Below, piece after piece: positions 1 to 10,555 of a stretch of DNA of 64,000 bases. The notes under the pieces are model-generated. The model ran no database searches, was not told the origin of the DNA, and saw nothing but the letters and a program-made list of their open reading frames with translations. This stretch comes from Rebecca billardiae RCC1528 (lineage: Eukaryota > Protista > Haptophyta): the NCBI GenBank assembly GCA_965240325.2, contig OZ251225.1, positions 620,001 to 684,000 of the forward strand, in the 5' to 3' direction. The position numbers were made by a program, and so were the translations under genes. Each line of letters opens with the position of its first letter. Position 1 is the first letter of the stretch.

Positions 1-618
1 TAGTTGGAGCAACTGCTGCCGCCCGTCATGATACTGTACGTACTGCTGCTGCAGCATCAACAGCGCCGCTGTTACCAGCAGCGCTGCGCTCGTGTATCCG
101 AAGCAGCACCGCATTGATGGTCCTGCGGTCTGAGTAGGGGAGTATGCCAGTAGCTCGCATGTACCTGGAGTGCAGTCCATGCCTGTACTGCCTCGCCGAG
201 TACTACTAGAGTAGTAGGACCTCATGTGCTCACGCAGCTGAGCCGCTGCCGTCTCCTTGCTGTGACGCGCAGAGCAAGTCGAGGAGTGTCTGGCGACCAC
301 CGGTGCCAGTGCTGCGCCGACAGGTATATGCCCACCACCCGGCCGCGCCCGTAGCATGGGCGATGGTAAGATGAGTGGCAGCACAGCGCACAGCTACGAG
401 CAAGGTTGATGTGCGACGGTGTGGAGGCACGCGTGCTCGCGGCATGCTCCGAGCCCCGTGCTGCGTGCCCCCTGCTGCTTCTCGCCCTTGGTCATCTCCT
501 CGTCGATGCCCTCCTCCCCCGTACGCGTGAGCTCCGCGACGCCATCGGGCCAGCCTACCAACGAACAGTGGGCGTGGCGCCCTGCTGACGGCTGGCTGCC
601 ATCGCAAGCCATGCACGC

Positions 619-781
619 CTGCACACGGCAACAGGGCCGTTTGCGCCCTGTTGCCGTGTGCACGGCCACAGCGGGCCGGTGCACACGGCAACAGCAGTGC
701 GAAACCCCCTGAGGGTGACCCCTTTTGCGCCCCAGTGTGCACACGACAACAGGGCGCAAACGCCCCTGTTGCCGTGTGCAG
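619..781. repeat. Nested inverted repeat: two 45-bp arms that are each palindromic (MITE-like)
   Basis: 619-663 CTGCACACGGCAACAGGGC-CGTTT-GCGCCCTGTTGCCGTGTGCAC is the reverse complement of 737-781 with 2 mismatches. A third TGCACACGGCAACAG copy lies at 680-694. Confidence 0.85.
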
Positions 782-1013
782 TCGCCAGTGGCAAACGCCA
801 AACCTGGCTGGCACAGGAGGGGCACACCCGCGGGCCAGGCTGACGGTCGAGGTGCCACGCGGGCACCGCGGGGCTGCGACGGAGGGTGTGGACCGTCGGG
901 GTAGTGTGTGAGCAGGATGCTCATCACGTCCTGCCGCCTGCAACTGTCGACGACGTCCGTCCTCCACCTGCACCTCGCGACGGTGCGGCCGGCCACCGAT
1001 CTTTCTGTAACGC

Positions 1014-1900
1014 TCGACGAGTCGGATCCGCACGACGGGCGTCGCCTGCAACTGATCACAGCCGCCATCCTGCCCGGGGCTCAGGAGGCGCGCGCTTGGT
1101 GCGTGTCCTGTGCGGTTCACCTAGCTACCTGCCCCGGCGGTTGCAACTCTCTACATCTCTCGACGGTGGCGCGCCAATCCGCGTTGCTACGTCGACTGGA
1201 TCTGCGCCACCAGGCGTTGCCTGCGCAGCTATTTACGGCCGTCCACCAGCCCTACCGAGTCCGAGGCTCGATAGGCGCGCACGCTTGCTGCATGCCGTGC
1301 CCTGCGCGGTTGTCACCTGGCTGCCCGCGCCCCTGCTGCCGCAACTCTCGACGGCGGTGCGCCGATCAGTCAGTTGCTCGACTGGATCTGCGCACCGGGC
1401 CGTCGTCTGCAACTGTTCACGGCCGTCCACCAGCCTCCAGGCCGAGGCCCAGTGGGAGCACGCGCTTGATGCGTGCCCTGTGCGGTTGTCACCTGGCTGC
1501 CTGCCCCTGCTGCTGCAAGTCTCGACGGCGGCGCGCCGATCAGTGTTGCTCGACTGGATCTGCGCACCGGGCCGTCGTCTGCAACTGTTCACGGCCGTCC
1601 ACCAGCCTCCTGTCCGAGGCCCAGTGGGAGCACGCGCTTGATGCGTGCCCTGTGCGGTTGTCACCTGGCTGCCTGCCCCTGCTGCTGCAAGTCTCGACGG
1701 CGGCGCGCCGATCAGTGTTGCTCAACTGGATCTGCGCACCCGGGGCGTCGCCTGCAGCTGTTCGCGGCACCTCGCACGGCCGTCCGCCAATGATGGTCCT
1801 ACTACAATCATCAGAGCGGTTCAGTGACTCACTGTAGTGACAGCCCGGGCGCGCGCTTGATGCGTGCCCTGCGCAGTTGTCAGTTGTCACCGCACCGCAC
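1014..1900. repeat. Tandem repeat, ~172-186 bp unit, ~4.5 diverging copies
   Basis: TC(G/A)ACTGGATCTGCGC recurs at ~1192, 1378, 1550 and 1722. The 172-bp period is not a multiple of 3, so it is probably non-coding. Confidence 0.85.
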
Positions 1901-2047
1901 GGGCAGGCTGCCACCGGCCCCGCCCCGCAGCGTCAGCAGCACCGTAGCGGGACCGTGGCACCGCAGCTCGGCCTCATCGGACGACCAGCGGTGAGTGTCA
2001 GTGACGGCTGCTACCAGCTAACCGATCACTGTGATGAGTTATTATAT

Positions 2048-3697
2048 GTGGCGTCATAGGGAACCTATAACTGAGTGTCTATGAGCGACGCCAAGAATCC
2101 GGCTCGCACGGCATTCCTGCGTTGTCCTGTGCGCACCGCCGCGCGCAGGAGTCCTGGTGCGCTGCCAATCTGGCCCACAGCGGCGCACCTGCAGGACTCG
2201 GTTGGTTACCGCTCACATCGGATCGATCAGGCTTCGCTCTCGGGGGCGCCATGGGGCTGCTCACGACGAAGGCGCCGAGCTGGGCAAGGGAATCGCCTGC
2301 ATCGGGCACTGCCGGGTGCACGCTCCGCTGCAGGAGGTGCACCGCAGTCGCCGCAGCCCCTCTGCTCGGTAAGGTCGCTGGCTGTCTGTGTGGCCCGGCT
2401 CCCCGCCTGATCGTTCGGCGGCGCGACGTCATCATCTGTCTTCGCCGCGTCGCCCCTCATGCAATGGTCTCTTGCTCTCGCCGCTGTCGCGTCAACCCGC
2501 ACGCTTCATCGTTTGAGATACGCGCTCGCCTCGCGCCCGTGCGTCGCGCGGGTGCGGCGCACTCTGACGCGTGTCTGCTCGCCGCGCGTCGCGATCGATC
2601 GTGCGCGCGCGGCCGCGCAGTCCTCGTCTCTTCTATTTCTAAACGGGATTCATCAACGACTACTTGGACGCCCGCTCCAACTTATAAACGGGACTCGCGG
2701 GCGCCCTCTCGACCTCGGGCAGCAGCTCAACCGCCACGCCGCTGCCAGCGCCCGCCGTCGTTCGTTGCTCAAATCCCAACATAGCTAACCTGATCGTTCC
2801 ATGATTGATCATTGTGGTCTGTCTACTCCACGACGCCGCGCGCCGCGACCATCCAGCTCCAGAGTCCATTCGTACCCGACGCCTTGTACGAGCCGGGCAT
2901 GGCGGAGTGGCTAGACGTGGCGTTATAGGGAACCTATAACTGAGTGTCTATGAGCGACGCCAAGAATCCGGCTCGCACGGCATTCCTGCGTTGTCCTGTG
3001 CGCACCGCCGCGCGCAGGAGTCCTGGTGCGCTGCCAATCTGGCCCACAGCGGCGCACCTGCAGGACTCGGTTGGTTACCGCTCACATCGGATCGATCAGG
3101 CTTCGCTCTCGGGGGCGCCATGGGGCTGCTCACGACGAAGGCGCCGAGCTGGGCAAGGGAATCGCCTGCATCGGGCACTGCCGGGTGCACGCTCCGCTGC
3201 AGGAGGTGCACCGCAGTCGCCGCAGCCCCTCTGCTCGGTAAGGTCGCTGGCTGTCTGTGTGGCCCGGCTCCCCGCCTGATCGTTCGGCGGCGCGACGTCA
3301 TCATCTGTCTTCGCCGCGTCGCCCCTCATGCAATGGTCTCTTGCTCTCGCCGCTGTCGCGTCAACCCGCACGCTTCATCGTTTGCCCGCCCGCCCACCCT
3401 CGGCCTCTGGCGGATATGGAAGCACTGCAGTGTCAGCGAGCCATCAGCCTTAATCGACCTTGCTCAGTGACTGACGACTCGCGGGCGCCCTCTCGACCTC
3501 GGGCAGCAGCTCAACCGCCACGCCGCTGCCAGCGCCCGCTGTCGTTCGTTGCTCAAATCCCAACATAGCTAACCTGATCGTTCCATGATTGATCATTGTG
3601 GTCTGTCTACTCCACGACGCCGCGCGCCGCGACCATCCAGCTCCAGAGTCCATTCGTACCCGACGCCTTGTACGAGCCGGGCATGGCGGAGTGGCTA

Positions 3698-3700
<3 letters not shown>
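2048..3700. mobile_element. Non-autonomous dimeric element, copy 1 (unit A 2048-2916, unit B 2917-3700)
   Basis: Both units start GTGGCGT(C/T)ATAGGGAACC and end GGAGTGGCTAGAC and are joined with no spacer. Flanks are TTATAT on the left and (AT)n on the right. A near-identical dimer is at 10556-12086. Confidence 0.8.

Positions 3701-3784
<84 letters not shown>
3701..3784. repeat. (AT)n microsatellite
   Basis: Pure AT dinucleotide run. Confidence 0.98.
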
Positions 3785-3786
<2 letters not shown>

Positions 3787-4201
3787 TTGTCTGAATCGTG
3801 AATTAAGTCTTCGCTGGCACGTCACACGTGTCGCATGCAGGCACGGTCGTCGTCTGCAGCGAGACAGCGAGTCTGTCACAACGCAGACGGTCGTTGAACG
3901 CTGTCCGCACCGCGCCATCTGCCATTGACCCGTTGCACGGGTGAGTAACCGTGAGCGTATGAAAAAACGACATGCGTATGAAATGTCGGTTTTGTCACTC
4001 GCGCTGCCGCATGGCTGACGCCCGCGCCGATCCGAGCGGAATGGGGCATTGCGAAGCCGATTCGCAATGCCCCAATCCAATCGGCATGTCAATCGACCCA
4101 ACCGTCGCTGAGAACGAACGACAAAACCCAAGGCAGGTGCCCACCAAGCGACGCCGCCCGCGCGCCGGCAGCGTGAACGCGCGGTCGCGCAGAGGTGGCC
4201 A

Positions 4202-4813
4202 ATGCAGAAGGCATCAGCCAATGCTGCTGCCGTCGGCAAGCGCGCCACCTCAGCGTCAGCATCGGGTGGGACCGTGACGATATATGCCCTGGATGCGGCT
4301 CCAGCCAAACGCCCTCGACACGGGGAGCCGCCATCGGCAGCGAGCGCGCCACGGATACATACACGTGCTGTCCTCGTGAATGAGGATTCAGGAGACGAGG
4401 CGCCGGCGGCTCGGCCCGCGATGCGCAGGCAGGCTGGAGTGGCTCACGCTGCGATCGCGTGTACGGGTACAGAAGGCGTGCGCACGCAACAACACCGCCT
4501 ACGTGAAGCGCGTGGGCAAGCTGCTGAAGCTCTCACGATGCGTGCGCGCCTTCCTTCTCACCTCTGCGCTCGCCGACCGCTGCCTTCCGCGCGGCAGACA
4601 GGGGACACCTGCCACCTGGCGCGCACGACGCAGCGTGTAACGCAGAAGGTGGTAGATCCACTGCCACGCTCCCGCTGCCGCTGCTGCCGGCGGCAGCGGC
4701 ATGCCCGAGGCGGCGACGGTGACTATCACTGCCAAAGTGTCGTTTTTTCGGCGCTCACGCGTGCAACTGGTCCATTCTGCCCCCCCCATCAAGGCATCAA
4801 CTACGCTGAATAA
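4202..4813 (+). pseudogene. Possible degenerate coding remnant, unidentified
   Basis: Protein-like segments lie in different frames (MQKASANAAAVGKR..., LEWLTLRSRVRVQKACARNNTAYVKRVGKLLKLSR). No family recognised. Confidence 0.2.
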
Positions 4814-5134
4814 CGACGAGGTCGAGGTAGTCGTGAACTGCTGCCAGCGTGCAGCGGCGGCTGCAACTCACTCTCTACAGTAGTCTTGCATCATCGTCGG
4901 TGGAGTTTGGGTGGATCAAGGGCGGTCGTGGATCATGTTCGTCAGATGTTCTGCGGGCGCCCCATCTTCAATCTGGCAGTCGCCGGCGCCCGGCGAGGCA
5001 GCGAGGCGAACTCAGAATCGTCGTCTGAACAAGTCTGAATATCTCCGCTGCGAAAACCGACTCATCAAGCTGCTACTGTGGGCTGATCCGCTGCGGCACA
5101 CGCGCGCCCTCCCTGGTGGGCGAGTGACCCGCCG

Positions 5135-6244
5135 ATGGCCATCTCGCAGGCTCAGGAGCCGAACGAGGCGGAGGCACCCGCCGAGTACACGGAGGATGCG
5201 CTCAACGCGGTCATGCGGGCCGCCAATGCTGACTACAGCATCTACTGGCGCTTCGTCCCGCCAGCGCGCGAGGCCGAGGACGATAACGCGATCACGACAG
5301 AGCAGACTATGCAAGCGACCAAGGGCATGCTCGAATTCGCGCAGTACTGCAGCATGGACGGGGTGCTGATGGGGGGCTCGTCGACCTTCGCCGCGCCCAC
5401 GCACCGAGGCATCATGGGCGGTGTGTGGAGCTCGGGCGAGCCCTACTTGCTCGGTCCGGTCGGCACTGCCGACGAGGCGCGCTTCGATCGCAAGAAGCTC
5501 GCGATGTTCGAGCGCGTTCTCTCGATCGCGTTCTTCAAGCAGGGGGGCGGCGTCCTCGAGGTCGGGTCGAAGAAGGCGTGGAAGGAGCTGCCCACGCTCT
5601 CACTGGCCGACGCCAACGCGCAGGCCGTCGCCCTGCCCCGCGTGGAGGACGAGCACCTCGAGCACCTCGCGCGCGTGCTCGCGCTGACGGGCGCCGAGTA
5701 CGTCCTCTTCTACCAGCTGTTCGACGAGGTGGACGAGCTGAAGGGCGCGCGGTACGCCTCGCAGGATGGCGCGCTGATGCTCAAGAGCCGCACCTTCCCG
5801 CTCAGCCCCGAGGTCGGCATCGTGGGCAGGGCCTGGGCGCGGCGCGAGCGCTGCTTCGTGCGCGACGCGTCCGCGGCCGACCCGCGCGACTTTGTGCGGC
5901 AGCCGCTGGCCGAGTTCCACGGCGTGCGCTCCATCGCGTTCGAGTGCTTCGCGAACGGCATCATCGAGTACGGGACGACGCAGCTCTGGGAGAGCGCGCC
6001 AACCTTCTCCGTTGGCGATCTGCGGGCCGATGATGCGCCGCCAGCAATCACTGCCACGGCGCCCGCTGCGGAGGCTGCACCGGATTTGGCGGCCGCGCCG
6101 GCTGCGGCGGCTGAGCCAGCCGCGATGGCCGCACGGACCGTGTCCGTTGCAGCGGCACCGGCCGCAGGAGCCGCGCCGGCGGCCGCGGTCGCGGCAACTT
6201 CGGGCGCGGTAGCTGCGCCGGCTGCGTCGGAGCCTGCTGCGTAA
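5135..6244 (+). CDS. Protein with two tandem GAF-like (bHLH-MYC_N-type) domains and an Ala/Pro-rich tail
   Basis: Strong codon bias. Internal repeat: DYSIYW/EYVLFY, GIMGGVWSSG/GIVGRAWARR, R..LA....V.SIAF, GVLEVGS/GIIEYGT, as in MYC_N/GAF domains. Confidence 0.75.
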   Translation: MAISQAQEPNEAEAPAEYTEDALNAVMRAANADYSIYWRFVPPAREAEDDNAITTEQTMQATKGMLEFAQYCSMDGVLMGGSSTFAAPTHRGIMGGVWSSGEPYLLGPVGTADEARFDRKKLAMFERVLSIAFFKQGGGVLEVGSKKAWKELPTLSLADANAQAVALPRVEDEHLEHLARVLALTGAEYVLFYQLFDEVDELKGARYASQDGALMLKSRTFPLSPEVGIVGRAWARRERCFVRDASAADPRDFVRQPLAEFHGVRSIAFECFANGIIEYGTTQLWESAPTFSVGDLRADDAPPAITATAPAAEAAPDLAAAPAAAAEPAAMAARTVSVAAAPAAGAAPAAAVAATSGAVAAPAASEPAA

Positions 6245-6433
6245 GCTGGAACGCTCGTTCGCTCGTCGTACGACATCACGCGGCGTCGCGGTCGGCGACT
6301 CGGCGCCGTCAGTCAGCATCATGCTTCATCACCTGTCCGCGGCTGTATCCGGATAGTCAGTTCGTACGGTGTTGAACCTGATGGATGATTGATGCTACTT
6401 TACAACTCGTAACGTCGCGTGTACTACTCTCTG

Positions 6434-9400
6434 ATGAAAAACCTGTGTCATCCTCGGCCTGTGAACCGAAAGGGCTCCATCGTGCGTCAGCAAGATTCGG
6501 GCGAGATGCTGCTGTCCGCGCTCAAGGCGTGCATCTCGGCGCGGGCCGGCGGGCCGCCCATGCTGATCGTCACCGACCCCGGTGCGTCGGCTCGGCGCCT
6601 GCGCGCCCCGTCCCGCGTGCACTGCCGCGCGCTCAGCCACCCACCCGCCGCGCGCGCCCGCCCGCGGCAGGTCCCGACCCGGACGACGTGAAGGCGCTGC
6701 TGATCGCGGCGACGCTGCACCTGCAGGGCCAGCTCTCGCTGCTGGGCGTGGTGTGCAACGGCGGCGCGCAGCCGCTCGCGCGCGCCAAGCTCGCCCGCTG
6801 CATCTTCGACCACCTCGGCTGCGCCGTGCCCGTCGGCGTCGGCTCTGCGGGCAGGCCGTATGCGGCCGAGCCGCACGAGTACGCGATCCCGGGGTACGAG
6901 GGCGTGGACGAGGGGCGGCTGGAGGACGGCGCGGCGCTGATCCGGCGCGTGCTCCACGCCGCGCCGCGCGGCGCGCTGCGCGTCGTGCTCATCTCCTCCC
7001 TGCGCGACTTTGCCGACGCGGCGCGCTCGCACCCGGCGCTTGTGGTCTCCAAGGTGCACACCGTCGCCATCCAGGCGGGACTGGTGCGCGACGAGGGCGC
7101 GCCGGGCGGCTGGGCGCCGGACACGTCGGTGAACAACGTGTTCGACGTGGACGCGGCGGCCGAGCTGTACGCCTTCTGCTTCGAGCGCGACGTGCGCATG
7201 ATCGTCACCTCGCGGCACGCGGTGCCCAAGCTGCCGATGCAGGTGTGTGCGTGGGCGTGCGTGTGTGTGCGTGTGCGTGTGTGTGCGTGTGTGCGTGTGT
7301 GCGTGTGTGCGTGTGTGCGTGTGTGCGTGTGTGCGTGTGTGCGTGTGTGCGTGTGTGCGTGTGTGGGCGCGCTCGTGGGCGCGCTCGTGGCCGAGCGTCG
7401 GCGCTCACTCTGGCCCACGCGCGCCGCGCCTGCCCCGCTCCTCCCCCTTCCCCCGCGCGCGCGCCGCAGCTCGCGCGCTCGTTTGCGTGGCGCGCGCAAT
7501 GCCCGATCATGGAGTACCTGGCGAATGCGCAGGGGCTCGGGCTGGCGGGGCTGTGGCGCAAGCTGTGCGAGGGGCGGCTGCCCGCGCGCTGCACCAAGCA
7601 GTGGTACTTCGAGACCTTCTGCGGCGTCGGGCCCGCCGAGTTCGAGGCGCAGGGCCTCGACGCCCTCGGCGCGGACGCGCCCATCGGCGAGCGGCTCAAC
7701 GGGTACGTGAAGCCGTACGACGTGCTCACGCTGATGAGCGTGCTGCCGCACACGGAGGGGCTGTTCGGGGGGGGCGGGGGCTGCGCGGGCGGCGCGGCGC
7801 GGCGGGGCGAGGGCGGGGGACGGGGCGGCCGCGGCCGCGCGCGCCACCTGCTCCTGCTCACCGAGGCGGACGCCATCGACGTCTCCCCCGTGATCGAGCT
7901 GCTGCGCGACGCTTACGTGGAGGTGACGCTGCGCACCGCCGAGCTGGCCGCGCGGCTGCACGCGGCGGACTCGCGCCGCACGAGCGCGGGCGGCGGCGCG
8001 GAGGAGCAGGCCGAGGGCTCGTTTTCGCGCGCGGCCGGCGCGCTGCGCACGCAGCTCAGCGGCGGCGCGCTGCGCACGCCGGGCGGCTCCTTCAGCGCCG
8101 GCGGCGGCGGCGCGTGCGCTCCGGGCCTCTCCGAGTTGCGCCGCTCGCCATCCAACGGGCCCGCCGCCGTGCTCTCCGCCCTGCGCGGGAGGGTGGGCGA
8201 CTCGCCGGCGTGCGCGGGCGCGAGCGCGGTGCGCTCGCGCGCGCGGCGCACGCCGGGCCGCGCGCTCTCGCCGCTCGAGCTGCGCCAGCTCCTCGACGAC
8301 GTCGTCGCGGGCGCGAGCGCGCGCAAGCGCTTTGTGAGCGCCGCCGCGCTGTGCGGCGGCGCGGGCAGCATGGCGCTGGCTCTGGGGCTGTCGGCGTGGG
8401 AGCGCAGGGGGAGCGGCGCGCGCGCGGCGCTGGCGGTGCACCTGCTCGGGCCGGCGGCGCTCTCGCTGCGGCTGCGGCTGTGCGCGCTCAGCGGCAAGCT
8501 CGGCGCGGCGACGGGTCTGCTCGCGCTGCACCCGACGGACACGGAGCTGCGCCGGCTGCGCGCGGCCGGCTGCGCGCTCGCCGCCCTGTGCGCGCTGCTC
8601 GGCTGCTCGGAGGTGTGGGGGCTCGCGCGCCAGCCGGTGCCGGTCGCGCAGCTGGGCGCGGCGGCCGCGCCGGGCGGGCCGGGCGCGGGGCAGCGCGCAC
8701 AGGCGTACTGGGCGTCGTGCTGGCGCGTGCACACCGCGCTCAAGGCAGTGCAGCCCGCGGGCTGCACCTGCCTCTTTCTCTCGTGCCGCGCGCTGCTGCG
8801 CGGCCGCGAGGGCGCGATGGAGGCGCTCCGCGCGCTGTGGTCTCTGGTTGGTCTCTGGTGCGCGCTCGACGGGCTGGCGGACGCGCACGTGCTCGGCCGG
8901 CTGCTGCACGCGGGGCTAGCGCTGCGCGGCGGCGCGGGGGCGGGCGCCGCGCACGGCGCGGGCGGCGGCGCGGAGGGCGGCGCGGAGGGCGGCGCGGAGG
9001 GCGAGTCGGCGCCGGGCGGCGGAGGCGCGTCCGCGCTCGCGCTGAGCGCGCTGGCGGCGGCCCAGCTGTGCATCTCGCTCTTCCTCGCCGCCGTGCTCAC
9101 CGCGGGGCCTCTCCTCCGCACGCGCTGCCAGGCGGCCATTGCCAGCCTGGCGCGCGGCACGTGCGCCGAGTCGTCCATCGCCGCGCTCATCGGCTTCGGC
9201 TCGCTCAAGGTGCGGGCGGAGGGCGGAGCGCGCACGGACGCGCGCCGCGCGCGCGCCGCGCGCGCCGACGCGCACGCGCCGCGCCGCGCCCCTCGCTGCC
9301 GCCGCGCGCGCCGCGCGCCGCAGGGCATGATGAGCTCGGCGCGGCTGGTGCGCGAGGCGGAGCGCTCCTTCCGCCCCGCGCCCCTCGACGCGCAGGCGCT

Positions 9401-10373
9401 CGCGCTGCTCGACGAGGGCGGGCTGCTCGAGCGCGTGAAGGAGCCGTGCCACCGCCTGTCGCTGCCCGCAGCGGTCGCGCGCGAGCGCGGCTGGGGCGGC
9501 CTCGCGCGCGTCGCGCGCGAGATGACGCAGCGCGCCGACTACTACGTCGTGCACTCCGACCTGGACGCGGCGGCGGACAAGGCGGCGGCGCTGCGCGGCT
9601 TCGCGCTCAAGTTCTCCGCGCTGCACGGCCGCCCGCCCTCCGTGTTCCTCGACGTGCTCTGCGCCGACACGTCGCTTACGCTCACGCAGCTCCTGGCGCA
9701 CGCGCCCGTGTACCTGGGCAAGTGCCAGCGCGTGCTGCTGCTGTGCGGCGCGACGCTCGGCGACCGGCTGTGGCCCGCGACCGAGCTGCACGTCTGGCGC
9801 GCGATCGGCGGCGACCTGCAGACGGACGTGGCCGTGCTGCCGCTCGTGCCCGCGCGCGCGCCGCCCGCCGCGCGCCGGCTCGCGCTCGGCCACATCGCCG
9901 CGTCGTTCGATTCGTTCCACGTCGTGTACGCGCGCGGCAGCGGCGGCGCCGAGTGCGAGCAGCGGCTCAAGCTGTGCGTCGAGCTGGCCGGCGTGACGCA
10001 GTTCAACCGGAACGTGCGCGCGTACGCGCCGCTCGTCGAGCTCGCGCTGCTGTCCATGCTCGAGGACCTGCAGACGAGCGACGAGCGGCCCAGGCCGCCA
10101 GCGCGCTCCGCGCCCCGCCAGCGCGAGCCGGCGGCGGCGGAGCGCTGCTCGGCGTCACAGCGCTCGGGGCACGAGGTGGTGGACGCGACGTCGTCTGATG
10201 GCGCGGGCGCAGCCGATGCGGCGGATGACGAGGCGCATGCCGCCGGGCCACCCGCTCGCCCGGCCGAGGAGCACGCCGACGCGCAGTCGTGCCAGCAGCT
10301 GCTCGCGGATCTTCGGCGTCGCCATAAGCGGCACGGCGGTGCGGGTGCGCGCAGTCGCATGTTTACCATGTGA
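6434..10373 (+). CDS. Nucleoside hydrolase-like domain + multi-TM region + TIR-like domain; introns 6582-6670, 7243-7469, 9210-9323
   Basis: Splicing yields LIVTDPGPDPDDVKALL (IU-NH DxxxDxDD-type motif), PVGVG and KPYDVL. Hydrophobic helices at ~8340-9110. C-terminal YVVHS..D...K...VFLDVLC...PVYLGKCQRVLLLCG....RLWPATE follows the TIR-like pattern. Confidence 0.7.
7243..7364 (+). repeat. Intronic (GT)/(GCGTGT) microsatellite
   Basis: GTGTGC-type repeats start at the intron donor. Confidence 0.9.
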
Positions 10374-10555
10374 TGACTAGTGCAGGTGAGGAGTCAGTCC
10401 GGGCCCGGGTCGCGCGTCGTAGTCATCGTCGATCGTCATCGTCATGCATATATCGTATAGCGATTATACGATGATGCGCGCAGTAGATCATCATCATCAT
10501 ATATATATATATATATACTCATATATCGATCTTACTTATATATATATATGTTAAT

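Noticed and set aside
619-781. CRISPR-like palindromic repeats
   Set aside because: Repeats are inverted and irregularly spaced, with no spacer array and no cas genes. The context is eukaryotic.
2893-2975. tRNA gene or tRNA-derived SINE head (A-box-like TGGCGGAGTGG)
   Set aside because: No B-box GTTCRA and no canonical anticodon or T arms.
2075-3568. Short ORFs inside the dimeric element
   Set aside because: No recognisable domains, and indels between copies break the frames.
2048-3700. Retrozyme (hammerhead) or solo LTR pair
   Set aside because: No CTGANGA...GAAA core found by eye. The TG...CA ends depend on flanking bases that are absent at the junction, and there is no PBS, PPT or 4-6 bp TSD.
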